A DNA stretch of 64,000 nt from Octopus vulgaris (taxonomy: Eukaryota). Below the pieces are notes generated by a model. The model saw only the letters and a program-made list of their open reading frames with translations, ran no database searches and was not told where the DNA came from. Each line of letters starts with the position of its first letter. Positions within the stretch are counted from its first letter, which is position 1. The translations under genes and the position numbers were made by a program. Positions 61,392 to 64,000 of this stretch are shown here, in pieces. The stretch is from contig OX597819.1 of assembly GCA_951406725.2 (NCBI GenBank), positions 124,248,001 to 124,312,000 of the forward strand, in the 5' to 3' direction.

Positions 61392-61817
61392 TTAACAAGA
61401 CCTTGATTCCACACCTAAAATTTCTTGTCTAGTTCTGGAAGTGATTTGACTAGGAAAACATGGGCATTCACATAGAGGAGCTCCCAGGGGGCAGCCCATC
61501 TTAAATTTCTTTGTTATTGCCTGGAGGGTTATGATGAACAAGAAGGGGGCTGAGAACTGATCCTTGCTAAACCCCTACTTGTACCCTGAATTCAGTTTAA
61601 TCTCACCAATGTAAGATGTGACCTCTGGCAAACCCTAAAAACTCATGCAATCAAATACCTGAAATGGACTCTTCCAAATTCTGATTCCTGTCATTTGATA
61701 ATATAATCAAACTGATACTCAATAATATGGAAGCATGATATATACACTAAAAGAGGGCTTACAAAATTTCATCATTTTGGATAATTTCTCATTAAAAACT
61801 GGCATTTTATTGGTCAC

Positions 61818-62098
61818 AATGATGAGGGTTCCAGCTGATCCAATCAACAGAACACCCTGCTTGTGAAATTTATGTGCAAGTGGCCGAGCATTTCACAAAC
61901 ATGTGTCCCCTTAACACAGTACTTAGGGAGACTCAGCATGACACACAAAATGTGACATGGTTGGACCTTTGAAATACAGGTACAACTCATTTTTGCCAGC
62001 TGGAGCAACGTGAAATAAAGTATCTTCTTCAAGGACATAACATGCTACTGAGAATCAAACTTACAACCACGGGCTGAATACCCTAACCATTTGGCCAT
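61818..62098 (-). mobile_element. Older tRNA/CORE-like SINE
   Basis: Reverse complement tggccaaatggttagggtattc head, gtccttgaagaagatactttatttcac core; 3' part shared with family C. Confidence 0.7.
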
Positions 62099-62281
62099 AA
62101 CACAATCATTTTTGATTAACCTGCATAAGAAGTTCATGTGGGCAATTATAACTGGATCGATCAAATGTTTAATGGAAACCCAATTTACCACCTTTATATA
62201 GAATAAGGGAAATTAAATGAAGATCAAATACAGTTATTGCAAATAGTATAAAAAAAAGACAACAAATGAATCCATATATAC

Positions 62282-62361
62282 CTGACACCATTTTCCTCTA
62301 CTTCAATGTCAGGAGCCAAGAAATATTGTAACGGATTGGGCCACATATCATCCTTGATTAC
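62282..62361 (-). CDS. SET: SET coding exon (end of NAP domain)
   Basis: ttttcag|GTA...AG|gtatat; [26 protein letters not shown] (SET signature IKDDxWPNPLQY). Confidence 0.95.
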
Positions 62362-62433
62362 CTGAAAAGTTAACAAAAGTAGATAAATGGAAAGGCTTTC
62401 CCAAAATATCTATTCTATGAACAGATGTATTAT

Positions 62434-62822
62434 AATTAGAAATATTGAATTTCTAAATGTCTCAGAGAGACATGAGCGGTGGTGGAACAATAAAGTGGTT
62501 GTATGCTGTCAACTTAACGTGACAGGGAATCACACCACCGCTATTTAGCCCTAGGAAGCATCGATGCTTCCTGTCGGCTTTGAAACATTTCCTGTGTCCT
62601 TATATTTGCGAAGGGGAGGCAAGCACCCCCAACAGCTAGGGCCTGCACCTAGAGACATGCATGTTTCTGAGTCTTGCTCGTCACCAGTCAAGGGTAGTCA
62701 GTTCTGCTAGTTGAAGATGCCCGCCAAGGCTTCGCAAATATATTTTCAGTGAAATCTATTCACTGATCACCAAAATTAGAAATATTAAATTTCTAAATGT
62801 CTCAGACATGAGCGGTGGTGGA
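62434..62822 (-). mobile_element. Retrozyme-like insert, 340-bp period with ~50-bp terminal direct repeat
   Basis: aattagaaatatt..atgagcggtggtgga at 62434-62486 and 62774-62822; highly structured interior containing a hammerhead fold. Confidence 0.6.
62648..62693 (-). ncRNA. Type-I hammerhead ribozyme-like motif (core has A6G)
   Basis: CCTTGA-CTGGTGA-CGAG caaga CTCA-GAAA-CATGCATG-TC-TCTAGG: stem I 5/6, stem II 3/4, palindromic stem III, GUC site. Confidence 0.65.
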
Positions 62823-63111
62823 GTTATACTTTCTCCAAAGTCAAGGACTTAATTTCAAATTGAAATTTAGCTTGATATTTGGTCTCAATTTACCTAAAGA
62901 AGTATTCTTTTCCAAAGCTTCCAGCTAAATTATGCAAACATTAAACAATGAATGTCACACCAACAAAGCATTTCTTTTGAATGTAAAGGGGTAATAAAAC
63001 CATGCTCAACAAAATGGGTTGCTTTCACAGAAGGAATCACAGCAAAGCCCTTGTTGCAAAGGGCAAGTTGAATGTTAATGTACAGTCCAGAAAATATTTA
63101 GAAAAGTTAAC

Positions 63112-63380
63112 AACAACATCAATGGAAATTGTAGCTGTGATACCAGTGCCGGTGGCACGTAAGAGAACTATCCGAACGTGGCCATAGCCAGCGCCGCCCG
63201 ACTGGCCTCTGTGCCAGTGACACGTAAAAAGCACCCCCTACACTCATGGAGTGGTTGGCGTTAGGAAGGGCATCCAGCTGTAGAAACACTGCCAGATCAG
63301 ACTGGGCCTGGTGCAGCCTCCTGTCGAACCGTCCAACCTATGCTAGCATGGAAAACGGACATTAAACGATGATGATGATG
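63112..63380 (+). mobile_element. RTE LINE 3' tail in a SET intron
   Basis: Two repeat units, conserved tail and (GAT)n. Confidence 0.88.
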
Positions 63381-63615
63381 AATGTCAGAATGGATAATTT
63401 ATAGTATCACTACTTTCTTTTCTCAGATTCAACAAAAATGGAATATGTTAAGTAAATACATCTTATTAAGCATGAAGTCTTTAATAGCTAAAAGAAATTT
63501 TTACCTCTTTCATTAGCAACGGAAACTTTATTTGGTTGGTTAGCCTCAATTAACCATACATCAAAACTATTTCTATTTACATCTCAAACTGAAGATTCTA
63601 GGACCAAGATCTTAC

Positions 63616-63791
63616 CTCAGCTATATCATCTGCTGACGGGTCCTTATTGTCTAAAAACCAGGTGAAAAAAGTCCGGTTCGGTTGATGTTTTCTCTTTCTA
63701 TCAGCAATCACAATCTGCTCTCGCTGCACCTTCTTTGTCAGATCCATACCATCCTGCCAGTTGATAGATGTTGACTTTGAAGCAGGGTCCC
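63616..63791 (-). CDS. SET: SET/TAF-I histone chaperone coding exon; upstream exons lie beyond the window
   Basis: ttttag|GG...GAG|gtaaga; GDPASKSTSINWQDGMDLTKK..RKRKH..FFTWF..ADDIAE aligns with SET (GDPSSKSTEIKW..DLTK..FFTWF). Confidence 0.95.
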
Positions 63792-64000
63792 CTAAAAAGT
63801 GGAAATAACATATTAAACAAAGAAACAGCCCCTATTTATCAAGTAAGAATCAATGCCAACACAGCAAGCAGTGTTACCAAGAGAACTCTTCAACAGCTAT
63901 ATGGAAAGAATTGACAGCTCAATAGCATTATGGTGTGCCTTGGCAAGTTAAGAACCTTACCTCACCTAACTGTGAGGAAAAGGAATCATATTCTTGGAAT

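Overview
AT-rich, intron-containing animal DNA, very probably an octopus genome. That assignment is inferred from recalled octopod SINE/RTE repeat families and the (TA)n density. Two minus-strand genes frame the window. A complete HMGB-type gene has 6 coding exons (9504->815; 228 aa, two HMG boxes plus an acidic tail). The last five coding exons of a SET/TAF-I histone-chaperone gene run 63791->58005. The ~48 kb between them, and the long introns, are filled with mobile-element debris: two RTE-type LINE families, tRNA-derived SINEs, Penelope, Hero, CR1, Helitron, mariner and piggyBac remnants, and GG-terminated MITEs. The most interesting signals are four. (1) A 340-bp, terminally redundant, rod-folding insert with a type-I hammerhead fold lies in the sense strand of a SET intron (retrozyme-like). 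Further hammerhead-like motifs sit at about 33 kb, 36 kb and 45 kb. (2) A C4HC3 PHD finger is inserted inside the RT domain of the dominant RTE LINE. (3) The 3' UTR of that LINE carries variable-number ~63-nt tandem units, each able to form a compact H-type pseudoknot. (4) An ORF1-only CCHC element sits in a SINE tRNA head with a 12-bp target-site duplication (TSD). All calls were made by eye; repeat boundaries are approximate and family names need database confirmation.
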